A stretch of 64,000 nt of DNA from Octopus sinensis (lineage: Eukaryota): NCBI RefSeq assembly GCF_006345805.1, contig NC_043012.1, positions 4,154,001-4,218,000 on the forward strand. Reading direction: 5' to 3'. The stretch's first letter is position 1; each line of letters starts with the position of its first letter. The position numbers and the translations under genes are program-made. Of this stretch, positions 24,945-35,588 are shown piece after piece. The notes beneath the pieces are model-generated. The model saw nothing but the letters and a program-made list of their open reading frames with translations, was not told the origin of the DNA and searched no databases.

Positions 24945-25386
24945 TATTTTTACAGTTCTATATTTAAGAGATGAGGAATTATGTACACTATTTACATTTG
25001 GTGGATATTTGTCCTCATCTTGTTTGTTGTTAACACAACGTTTCGGCTCATATACCCTCCAGCCTTCATCTGGTGTCTTGGGGAAATTTTGAACCTGGGT
25101 TCTTGTTCCTAAGGTATTTTTCGATATTGTTGTTGTTATTATTATTATCATTATTATTATTATTATTATTACTACCTGGAATTGAACTTGGAATCTTGGG
25201 GTTAGTAGCCTGCACTCTTAGCCACTACAACCACGGGTATATGGCGTAGTAGTTAAGAGCACAGGCTACTAACCCCAAAATACCAAGTTTGATTCCAGGC
25301 AGTGATCTGAATAATAATAATAATAATAACATCGAAAAATACCTTAGGAATGAGAACCCAGGTTCGAAATTTCCCCAAGACACCTG
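24945..25386 (-). mobile_element. tRNA-headed, hammerhead-bearing short retroposon (family HH-C) in fold-back configuration
   Basis: Minus copy 25234->24945: tRNA-like head, (AAT)n, body, hammerhead, tail. The plus copy 25239-25386 is the inverted head-to-core segment. Confidence 0.8.
25033..25076 (-). ncRNA. Minimal hammerhead motif HH-C (one core substitution in this copy)
   Basis: ACAC-CAGATGA-A-GGCTG gagggtatat GAGCC-GAAA-CG-TT-GTGT. The 50.6-kb copy has the canonical CTGATGA core. Confidence 0.65.
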
Positions 25387-25637
25387 GTCTAGTGAAAAAT
25401 ATTTTTAGGGACTTAAACAAGCATCAACTGTTTTGAAAAAGAAAGAGAAGCGAAATATAGACAAGCAAACAACTGGCAAGTGGGTTTATAAGCTTTGTCA
25501 GTTGTGACTCTTCCCAAATGTAACAATATTGGTTTCACCATATGGTTTCACATCAAAATTCTTGTAAAACAAATAAAAAATAGAAACTTTTATATTAATT
25601 CCTTTTTAAAAGAACAATTAACCCTTTTTTGTTTTTA

Positions 25638-25855
25638 CCATATTTCTGTTGAACTACATTGTTTTTATTTCAATAGATTTTTTAAATAATGAAGCATTTA
25701 CTGAAATACCTTTGTCATTAATAAGCTCATGTTTAGAACAGAAATCAACATGGAATTTTAACGGAAAATATTAATTTAACTCACTTTAATCCAAGAAATT
25801 TGTATTATAAAACCAGGTATGGTCTCAGGTGGGTTGGTATCAAAAAAAAGTTAAA
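25638..25855. mobile_element. TTAA-flanked piggyBac-type MITE
   Basis: TTAAccctttt...ttaccat ... gggttggtatcaaaaaaaagTTAA. Confidence 0.55.
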
Positions 25856-25860
25856 CAACA

Positions 25861-26260
25861 GGCGCAGGAGTGGCTGTGTGGTAAGTAGCTTGTTTACCAA
25901 CCACATGGTTCCGGGTTCAGTCCCACTGCATGGCACCTTGGGCAAGTGTATACTGCTATAGCCTCAGGCTGACCAAAGCCTTGTGAGTGGATTTGGTAGA
26001 CGGAAACTGAAAGAAGCCCGTCGTATATATTTATATATATATGTGTGTGTTTGTGTGTCTGTGTTTGTCCCCCTAGCATTGCTTCACAACTGATGCTGGT
26101 GTATTTATGTTCCTGTTACTTAGCGGTTCGGCAAAAGAGACCGATAGAATAAGTACTGGGCTTACAAAAGAATAAGTCCCGGGGTCGAGTTGCTCGATTA
26201 AAGGCGGTGCTCCAGCATGGCCGCAGTCAAATGACTGAAACGAGTAAAAGAGTAAAAGAA
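25861..26260 (+). mobile_element. SINE family A, full young copy
   Basis: ggcgcaggagtggctgtgtggtaagtagc...ccgggttcagtcccact...ccttgggcaagtg...tgactgaaacgagtaaaagagtaaaag; many CpGs retained. Confidence 0.92.
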
Positions 26261-26405
26261 TATTCTATCAAGAGGATTGGAGAGTGTCTCTTCTACTTTG
26301 ACACCCTTTTACTTATGGGACTTTATCCCTGGGGCAGTCTCTAGTAATCTCAAGTTTCAGCACAGATCAACATGCTCAAGGACTCAATTAGACTGCAGTG
26401 GTAGG

Positions 26406-26823
26406 CTCTCTTTACTCTTTTTACTCTTTTATTTGTTTCAGTCATTTGACTGCGGCCATGCTGGAGCACCGCCTTTAGTCGAGCAAATCGACCCCGGGAC
26501 TTATTCTTTGTAAGCCTAGTACTTATTCTATCGGTCTCTTTTGCCAAACCGCTAAGTGACGGGGACGTAAACACACCAGCATCAGTTGTCAAGCAATGCT
26601 AGGGGTACAGACACAGACACACAAACACACACACGCATATATATTATATATATACATATCTACGACAGGCTTCATTCAGTTTCCGTCTACCAAATCCACT
26701 CACAAGGCTTTGGTCGGCCCGGGGCTATAGCAGAAGACACTTACCCAAGATGCCACGCAGTGGGACTGAACCCGGAACCATGTGGTTGGTTAGCAAGCTA
26801 CTTACCAAACAGCTACTCCTGCG
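26406..26823 (-). mobile_element. SINE family A, full young copy, inverted relative to 25861-26260
   Basis: Reverse complement aligns end-to-end with the preceding copy. Confidence 0.92.
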
Positions 26824-26867
26824 CTGAGATTGTTTCCTAGGAAACAATATATGTTTATTGTAAGGTA

Positions 26868-27045
26868 ACAGGCTGGCAGAATTGTTAGCATGCTGAGCAA
26901 AATGCTTCTGAGTTCAAATTCCACTGAGGTCGATTTTGCCTTTCAGGGTCGACAAAATAGTACCAATTGAGCACTTGGGTCAATGTAATCAACTTACCCC
27001 CTCCTCCAACATTGCTGACCTTGTGCTAAAATTTGAAACCAATAT
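26868..27045 (+). mobile_element. SINE family B copy
   Basis: gctggcagaattgttagcatgctgagcaaaatgct..ctgagttcaaattccactgaggtcga...gaccttgtgctaaaatttgaaacc. Confidence 0.75.
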
Positions 27046-27329
27046 ATGTTTATTGTGTATCTGTACATAGTGAATCCAGTATGTTTTCTGTCATCCATGG
27101 TTTTCTTGCTCCAGCATGCTTGCCTATCAGTAATAATTACAAATAAGAATGGCTAATTATCAAAACTAATTAGAGCTAAAAAGCCAATACCAATTAATAG
27201 TGGATATGGCTGATTACTATTTTATTTGCTGATTAATTGGTGCAACCGTAACATGAATTTGTGTGTGTGTGTGAGGAATCAACTGTTGTCTAGATTATGC
27301 AAAAAGGAAAATAACACTGACATCTCATT

Positions 27330-27775
27330 TTAACAGATATATTTACCAAAATTACATAAAAATATCTTGAAATACTTGGCTTCAACCATGGCCTCCATGC
27401 GACTTTGGAATCTCCTGCAACCCTTCTGGTCGGTCTCCTTGTTTAAGTTGGTGAATGTTGCCATAATCCTTGCCTTTAGTTCTTTAGTGTTACAAAGAGT
27501 TTTATTGGTCTCTCGCTCAAGTGCACCCCACACATAATAATCAAGGGGGTTGCAGTTTGGGGAGTTAAGTGGCCAGATGTTAGGGGTGAAGTGGTGACAG
27601 AAATTGTCTGATAGCCATGACTGGGTTCTCCTGCTTATCTGGCATGGTGCAGAGTCTTGTTGCCAGACTCAGGGTGTTCCAGCAGCCACCTTCTTGACCC
27701 AGGGCAGCACAACCTCCTCCAGGCACTTGATGTAGGCCTCCACATTGAGTCTGAGGGTGTGTGGGAAGATGAATA
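27330..27775 (-). pseudogene. Tc1/mariner-superfamily transposase fragment, DD37D (maT-type) catalytic domain
   Basis: FIFPHTLRLNVEAYIKCLEEVVLPWVKKVAAGTP*VWQQDSAPCQ...NIWPLNSPNCNPLDYYVWGALERETNK...ELKARI. 37 residues between QQD and the final D; one in-frame stop. Confidence 0.85.
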
Positions 27776-27830
27776 GAAAAGTTTTTTTCCGTAATGAGAT
27801 AAAAAACCAAGGCTGAGCAGATTTTAGAAC

Positions 27831-27884
<54 letters not shown>

Positions 27885-27907
27885 ATATGTTTGTGTGTCA
27901 AACACAG

Positions 27908-27959
<52 letters not shown>

Positions 27960-27961
27960 TA

Positions 27962-28220
27962 TATAGAGGGCATTATACATACATGCCAACGCTAAGAGGG
28001 ACAATTTTGGTAGAAATGACTAATTGTCCCTCTTAGCGTTTGGCATGTATGTATAATGCCTTCTGGCATGTATGTATAATGCCCTCTATATATAAATTAA
28101 TATGTTCAATAAGAAATAATTATTTTCGAAATTTTTTCTCTTATGAGGTTTTTACGCTATCTACCTGACAATTTCTTGTTAAGTTTTCCTTATTAAGTAG
28201 TTGTCCTTAATTGCTAAATA
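27962..28220 (+). mobile_element. (TA)n-inserted short element with 5' fold-back (family H); second copy ~61692-61945 on minus strand
   Basis: tatagagggcattatacatacatgccaacgctaagagggacaatt is inverted at 28022-28090. The body tttcgaa..ttatgaggtttt.acgcta.ctacc.ga.aatttcttgttaag is shared with the 61.7-kb copy. Confidence 0.75.
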
Positions 28221-28555
28221 TATATATATATATATATAATTGATCACATGTTGGAGAAGTGAGAGATAAAATATTTTTTATATATATTGACAGCTGTTTC
28301 TAATCTGTATTTAGTTACAGATTATGAAACAGCTGTCAACATTTGGAATAAATATGAGAAAATGAGTAGCGGCCAGGAGTTGTGGGGGATTTGCTGTACT
28401 TGAGAAGATGTGTCAAGCTTAGTAAAATTGCTGTCATCTCTACATACAGGGTTGGCCTTTACAGGTGCTGATGCCACATAAAATGCATTCGTACTGGTGC
28501 TGTGTAAACATACCTGTGCTGGTGGAGGTAGACAGAAACTGAAAGAAGCCCGTCG

Positions 28556-28604
<49 letters not shown>

Positions 28605-29234
28605 CTGTGTTTGTCCCCTCAGATCACTTGACAACCAATGCTGATGTGTTTACGTCTCCGTAAATTAGCAGTTCAGCAAAAGAGACCGATAAAATAAGTA
28701 CTAATCTTACAAAGAATAAGTCCTCAACTAAAGGCAGTGCTCCAGCATGGCCACAGTCAAATGACTGAAACGAGTAAAAGAATAAAAGAATATATACAAG
28801 AGCCACAATTCTTGTTCAGATTCATTGATCCAGATCCACTCACAAGGCTTTGATTGACTCAGGGCTATAGAAGAAGACACTTACCCAAGATCTCATGCAG
28901 TGGAACTGAACCAGAGACCACATGGTTGAAAAGCTAGCTTCTTAACCACAGAGCCATAGTGCCGATAGAAATAGTTTTAAGAAATCTACTTTGAAATTGT
29001 ATGTGACAAGCTAGCAGGATGGCTGTACCAACAAATTTTCTTAAACGTCTTCGAGCAATTTGTCTTATTAGTAAGAAGTAGGTACGAATTAGTGAGAGGA
29101 CAAGTCTATAATCTAGCTTATCTTATGACAGGTTAGTTAATGTCTTGGGCAGGAGATGGGGCGTGGGGAAGAGCGGTGTTGGATACTTGCTAGAACTGAC
29201 ATTTACAGTTCTAAACATGTGAGAATCTGTGTAG

Positions 29235-29268
<34 letters not shown>

Positions 29269-29474
29269 TGCGCATGGAAATAAAGTGCATTTGTAAATGT
29301 GAAGGCATATGTGGGTGTACATGTGTGTGTGTGTTCCATGTAGAGATAATGTGAAGGTGTAAGTGTGAAAGTATGTATGCGTGTGTATGTGCATGGGTAG
29401 ATGTGCTTGTTGTTACACACGCACATATAATGTACAGCTGTAAATTTGTGTGTATGTGTGTCTGAATTGCACAA

Positions 29475-29850
29475 ACATCATCGTCATTGTTTAACGTTCA
29501 CCTTCCATGCTGGCATGGGTTGGATGGTTTCACAGAAGCTGTCTCGGCTGAGGACTGCACCAGGCTTCTGTGTCTGTTTTGGCAGGGTTTTTACAGCTGG
29601 ACGCCCTTCCTAACACCGACCACCTAGCAGAGTGGACTGAATACTTTTTACATAGCACAAGCACAGGTGAGGTCAGTTTTGGCATGGTTTTTACAGCTGG
29701 ATGCCCTTCCGAATGCCAACCACTTCACAGTGTGGACTGGATGTTTTACACACAGCATCAGCAATGGCAGGGTCACCAAGTAACTTGCAAGACAAAGATC
29801 CTTTGAGAGGGGAGGGGACATTGGAGGAGGTGGTCTTGTGTCAGATGATG
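29475..29850 (-). mobile_element. RTE-tailed retroposon (family C) with an internal duplication
   Basis: catcatcgtcattgtttaacgttcaccttccatgctggcatgggttgg; the segment tttttacagctgga.gcccttcc occurs twice. Confidence 0.8.
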
Positions 29851-30243
29851 TATATAATATGTGACCTGTTGAAAATAGCAACAAAAATCTTCCTCAAATC
29901 ACACCCTGCCATTTTAAATAAAGAGATTAAGCACTGAAATAATATATTAGATAATCTTAAAAAGTTAGGAGGGTCATATTTGGAATGCTTTTGATCATGG
30001 GTTTGCTTGATCAGAGCTGGTCTCAGGCCAAATAACATCTGTAAACATGTGAGGTTGTGTGTGTGCATACAATGGAAGGATTATGTGTGTGTGTGAGTGT
30101 ATGCATGTGCATGTATAAATAGATATGCATGTGTGCATGATTGTGTGTATATATATATTATGTGTATATACATGTTTGTACATGTACATATATATTTATA
30201 TTATTATATGATTGAATGGCACACATCCTCTTCCAAGTAAGTT

Positions 30244-30286
<43 letters not shown>

Positions 30287-30410
30287 TATATATGCACACA
30301 TGATCCATGCATGTGTAGAGCATTAAGAGTGAACATTAAAAATGATAATTTCATACACACACACACACACCTGTACAAGTAGTAAATCTGTGTCACTTGT
30401 AAATCCAATT

Positions 30411-30415
<5 letters not shown>

Positions 30416-30447
<32 letters not shown>

Positions 30448-30710
30448 ATGTGTGTGTGTGTGTGTGTGTGTGCATGTGTGTGTGTGTGCATGTGTGTGTG
30501 TGTGTGTGCATGTGTGTGTGTGTGCATGTGTGTGTGTGTGCATGTGTGTGTCTGTGTGTGTGTGTGTGTGTGTGCATGTGTGTGTGTGTGTGCATGTGTG
30601 TGTGTGTGCATGTGTGTGTGTGTGTGCATGTGTGTGTGTGTGTGTGTGTGTGCATGTGTGTGTGTGTGTGTGTGCATGTGTGTGTGTGTGTGTGTGTGAA
30701 TGTGTGTGTT
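30416..30710. repeat. Irregular CA(TG)n array, almost uninterrupted purine-pyrimidine alternation
   Basis: catgtgtgtgtg units of variable length. Source of the His-Thr and Cys-Val ORF artefacts. Confidence 0.95.
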
Positions 30711-31873
30711 TGTATATAAACACAAGCAGAGAGGCAGAGGAGGCAATCAGTCGGTCGGACATGATATGCCAGAAGAAGGAAACTGAAAGATCAGTGACCT
30801 CCAGAAGCAAGATTCATTTCTTTGTTGTGTCAACAAATCAGCTGTCTTTTAAACCCACGCTGCACCACACCACATCACAGCCCTCCGCTCCACACCACAC
30901 ATATATCTATCCGATGCCAAAGACACTAATCAAGCCGCTGCTACACTTCCCACTGTTGACTTAGTCTCTCTTGGTTTTATTTGGAATTATTGTTTTTATT
31001 TCTTGAAGGATTTTGTTGTTTTCTTTTTTGTTTTAATTTACAATTCCCTATTAACAGACACTGAGTGGTTTTAGTTGTTTGTTGTTATTGTTCTTTTTTT
31101 TGTTATTGTTTTTTTTTTTTTTGTTGGTGTTGAAAAAGTTTCTCCACTTGTCTGGACAATCAACTCTGATGCAGAAATCGTTCTTTTGCTGCTGTTATTG
31201 TTGTTGTTGCCAGTGGTGGTGGTGGTGGTGATAGGAAATGTTCGAGAGCTGGAAGCCTTTGGACTATCTAGAAATAGCAGCCAAATTCCTTGTAATCACA
31301 TCGTACATCATTATCCATCTCATCATCATAACCACTTTTACCACTGTTCTTCATCATCACCATTATCAGCATCATCATCACCACCATTCAACATAATCAT
31401 TGTCAACATCATTCTTCATCACCATCACAACTGTTTATCATCATCATCATCACCACTGTTCATCACCAATCATCATCACCAATCATCATCATCCTTATCA
31501 TGCATGTATGTGTGTATGTCCCTTTGTTTTGATGTAGCATGATAGTTGTGTCACCATCATGCAACTGATTTTCTTCATTTCCATTCTTCTGGAATAAGGC
31601 GGGGGGAATATTACTTTGCCTTGAAACAGGTGAAGCTTGGTGACAGGAAAGGCATCTAGACCCAGAAAAATCTGCTTGAATGTGTTTCATGTAACCCATG
31701 CAAGCATGTAAAACAATAGACATTAAAACAGTGAGGATGATAATATATAGCATAATTTATCTGTCGTCCTTTTTGTACCGGATTCTGAAATCATAGAAAT
31801 TAAGTGAGTCTTCATATTTCTTTATTCTTTCCAGTCCAATGTCAATGCTGTAGCTTGGCCTGCTGGGAAGACA

Positions 31874-32063
31874 TAAAGAATGTGGACTGCACCCCCCTTT
31901 TGTTTGTTTTTTTCTTTCTTTTACAGAATCCCCCATTTTTGAGTTTAAAAATTTTTAAATGCGGTTTTTTTTTTTTTGTTTATTTGCAGAATCAGAATCT
32001 CTGTACTCGAAAATGGGGGGATTCTGTAAAAAAAACAAGAGGTGGTATGGTCCACATTCTTTA
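31874..32063. mobile_element. Small fold-back element or MITE with ~65-bp imperfect inverted arms, TA at both ends
   Basis: taaagaatgtggac...ttttacagaatcccccatttttgagt is inverted as actcgaaaatgggggattctgtaaaa...gtccacattcttta. Confidence 0.65.
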
Positions 32064-32094
32064 AATCCACCGCCTGTGGCAATATCGGATAGAT

Positions 32095-32705
32095 CAGTCA
32101 TTCTAAACTAGGGCCTATATGATTCCTGGAGGTCCACATAAAATTTTTGGGGGTTCATGCAAGCAAAGTGTTAAATTGTAGATCCACAGTATTATTTAAA
32201 GGGTCCATGGAAAAAATTTTGTTGTGTCTGGGGAGAGTCATTTTCTTTGCCTTATAATTCAATACACTACACTCACCGGTAAAATTTCCACTTATTTCTT
32301 ATTTTTATTTTCCTAAAATTTTCGTTGTGTCTTGCAACCTTTTCAATAGTCAAGACTATTGAAATGGTTGCAAGATGCAAAGGCACACAAAGAAAATGAC
32401 TCTCCCCAGACACAACAGAATATGCTTCAACACACGAACTCACATAAAGAATCTTGGAAACCAAATCCAAAAACGGAAAAAATTTTGCTTTAGATATATT
32501 TATTGCCAAAAAACAGCTAGGTTTCTTTTTCTAGTGTTTTACATAGTTTAACATGTTTCTGGCCAGTGAAACATGTTCTCTCAGAGCTTTTGAAAACCGA
32601 CACAAGTGAATAAGTGAAAAACAAAATAGGAATTTTGCAAGTACCTATAAAATAAGTTTTTAAACACCAAATGACTACAGGGGTCCACCAGAAGAAAATA
32701 GCTGT
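32095..32705. mobile_element. Probable hAT-type non-autonomous DNA element remnant
   Basis: Subterminal repeated ggggtcca(c/t) motifs (ggaggtccacataaaatttttgggggttc, aagggtccatgg, caggggtccacc) after a cagtcattctaaac start. Confidence 0.4.
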
Positions 32706-33075
32706 CCAGACTCCAATTGCTGTGACTTGCTTTCTATGGCTTGATGCCCTTCCTAATGTCATCCACTTCACCGAGCATGCTGGGTGCTTTTTATGTGCCA
32801 CTGGCATGGGTGTGTTCATGCAGTAGTAGCACGAGTGCAATTTATGTGGCACCAGCACCTGTAACTGACAAGCCTGTGTGTATGGATGACAGCAATTTTG
32901 CTTAGCTTTTACTTGGCATGTCTCCTCAGGTACAGCAAATCATCACAACTCCAGGTCCCTTGTCATTTCCTCAGTGAGGCCCAGTGTCTGAAGATCCTTT
33001 CTTACTACTTTGTCCCATGTCTTCCTGGGTCTACCCTTTCCACAGGTCCCCTCCTCAATTAGAGCTTGGCACTAG
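32700..33075 (-). mobile_element. RTE LINE ORF2 C-terminus continuous with a family C body
   Basis: Minus strand KCQALIEEGTCGKGRPRKTWDKVVRKDLQTLGLTEEMTRDLE, followed by gccagtggcacataaaaagcaccc...ttaggaagggcatc. Confidence 0.75.
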
Positions 33076-34690
33076 GTGTCTAGAGTTGCTAGATATATTT
33101 GCTATTGTTGTTGATAGGTATTTTGTCCCAGAGTAGGGTGTTAACTTTTGAAATCATCATCATCATCATCATCATTTAAATGAATATATGAATATATAAG
33201 TAAAAAAAGGTGCAGTTGTATTTGTGTAGAGGTACATGCAAGGCTGTGTAGTTAAAAGGTTTGTTTTCCAACCATATGGTTTCAGGTTCAGTCCCACTGC
33301 TTGCCAATGGGCAAGTGTCATTTACTCTGGCTTCAGGCCAACTGACCAGAAAAAATTTGCTAAAGAGCATTTTTAACATTTCTCCATGTTGTAGCAGTTG
33401 TGGAAGTTATCTTTTGACCTAAACCAATATATCAAAGGAAGTAATATTCAGAAGACATATAAATATTAGAATGTTGGTATATAGGTTGTTTGACCTTTTT
33501 AAACTGTACCTTAACATATACTTTTTATATGTAACCTTTGCCCACCATGATTATTGAAATTCATTTTAGCCATAATATTTCCTTTTTTTTTATTAAACAG
33601 ACCCCCACCCCCACAACACCACCAGCTTGGATTATCTGCTTGACTGGCCACAGGGGGTTAAAAGTTTCTAAATATATTGATGGTGAATGTGGAGTGAAAT
33701 GGTATGAAGATAACCAATGAGCTGTAGTTTTTGCTTTTCCTCCTCTGACTAAGCTTTATACATACACACATTTACTATTGGGGCAACAGGATACATACCA
33801 ATCTGTTTGGAGCAAAGTATGGCTGGACTTGGAATCTTGGAGAATGCAAGTCCTTAGTTCATAGGCTACAAATGATCATGATATCGGAGACTATAAAAAT
33901 CTGCAAGAACTTAAGATTTAAAGGATGAAAGTTAAATCATGATACTGTCCTTCACAACTTGGTTACCAAGTCCATGGCCATCAAATTTTACTCTAAATTA
34001 AATGTGTGTGTGAGAGTATTTGTGTATGTATACGTATACTATATGTAGGAACTAAATGTGAATGTTTGTGACCATATTGGTAAATAGACTTGCAAGGAAG
34101 TACCTTTGTCAGTTACAGGGCTTCATAGAACCATTTCCTTTGTCAGTTACAGGGCTTCATAGAACCATTTCCTACCAAAATGACCACACCAAAAAATTCC
34201 ATTTCTTTATTGTTGATGTACTTAATTCTATTTCTCTCCTTTTTTTCTTTTGTTTGTGTATGTATAAATGTATGAATATAAAGTGAGTGAATACATGTAT
34301 ATGTATGTTTGTGTTTCTCTGTGTAAGGTCTTAAATATGTGTTTGTGTGTATATATTTGTTTGTGTACATCTCTCTATATGTTTATCTATGGGTATGTGT
34401 ATATCTGTGTGTATGGGTGTATGTTAGTGTATGCATGTGTGTATGTTTGTAACTAAACACTCCCTATTTAAACAGTGAATTACAAACTTTGAAAACTACT
34501 TCCTGAGTCACCTTATAAACTTACAAACATCTAATTACTGAAGTGGAAAAATTATGAGAAAAGCCATTTCTATTAATTTTTTCAAATATATATATATATA
34601 GTTGAAATTTGCAGAAAAAACAAAAGGCGAAGACAAGAGTGTAAACAACAAGCAGGTGTATTAGTTTGATGCTCAGGAAAGTGAGAAAGT

Positions 34691-34726
34691 CTTTTATGTT
34701 TTGAGCCTATGCTCTTCAACAGAAAG
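34691..34726 (-). ncRNA. HH-A hammerhead-like motif (element ~34610-34790)
   Basis: CTTT-CTGTTGA-A-GAGC atag GCTC-AAAA-CA-TA-AAAG (CpG-type decay). Confidence 0.5.
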
Positions 34727-34794
34727 GAATAAGAGAAAATAAAGAGAAAGAGAATGAAAATACTTGTGGATTTAGCAGTCAAGCATGACGATAT

Positions 34795-34987
34795 ATATCA
34801 TCATCATCATCATCATCGTTTAGCGTCCGCTTTCCATGCTAGCATGGGTTGGACGGGTCAACTGGGGTCTGTGAAGCTGGAAGGCTTCGTCAGGCCCAGT
34901 CAGATCTGGCAGTGTTTCTACGGCTGGATGCCCTTCCTAACGCCAACCACTCCGCGAGTGTAGTGGGTGTTTTTTACGTGCCACCTG

Positions 34988-34990
<3 letters not shown>
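34795..34990 (-). mobile_element. RTE-tailed retroposon (family C), young copy
   Basis: (CAT)n cgtttagcgtccgctttccatgctagcatgggttggacgg...ctacggctggatgcccttcctaacgccaaccactcc. Confidence 0.88.
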
Positions 34991-35025
<35 letters not shown>

Positions 35026-35027
<2 letters not shown>

Positions 35028-35286
35028 GGAGTAAACACATAAATGTGAAACAAGGTGGAAAAAAGAGTACTCAAATACCAGTGGTAGAGTAATATGCTTT
35101 ATTTAAAGCAGCAGAAAATTCAACAAAACCTGTTACTCTGAATTTCATGTTCCCGTTCGTTGGACAGTTTTTGCTCACGTTCCTGTTCGTCGAACAGTTT
35201 TTGCTTGCAAAAACTGTCCGACGAATGGGAACGTGAAACTCAGAGTAACAGGTTTTGTTGAATTTTCTGCTGCTTTAAATAAAGTA
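35026..35286 (-). mobile_element. (TA)n-inserted hammerhead-bearing element (family HH-G) with an ~80-bp fold-back
   Basis: 35094-35174 and 35208-35286 are inverted copies; a third partial hammerhead copy lies in the loop. Confidence 0.8.
35214..35251 (+). ncRNA. Minimal hammerhead-like motif HH-G (core CCGACGA); inverted copy at 35130-35167
   Basis: CTGT-CCGACGA-ATG ggaa CGT-GAAA-CTCAGAG-TA-ACAG: stem I CTGT/ACAG, stem II A(C/T)G/CGT, stem III ACTC-a-GAGT, GUA triplet. Confidence 0.65.
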
Positions 35287-35588
35287 TATATATATATAAA
35301 ATACAAAAATGGGGCAAGAAAGCTGGCCAGATTGGAGCAATCTCTAGAATAACCAGCTGAAATTGCAAAGATAATCTGGAACTCGACTGAGGATAGAAAA
35401 CTCCAAATGACTCATCCTTGTTTTCTTTGTATTGTATGTCTGGATGTTTTGCGTTCTTGTCCCATTTTTGTATTTTTTATATATAAAATATAGCAGTATA
35501 TATATATTTACTGAAAAACAAAAGAGGAAGACAGGTGTATAAACAGCAAGCAGGTGTATTAATTTGATGCTCAGGAAGGTGAAAAAGT

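Noticed and set aside
25239-25305. tRNA gene with an ACT anticodon
   Set aside because: There is no proper acceptor stem or terminator, and it is embedded in a dispersed repeat. Treated as a SINE head.
31775-31880. Exon pair around gtgagt...ttctttccag with a WD40-like VNAVAW peptide
   Set aside because: The implied intron is only 31 nt and the frames hit stops within a few codons.
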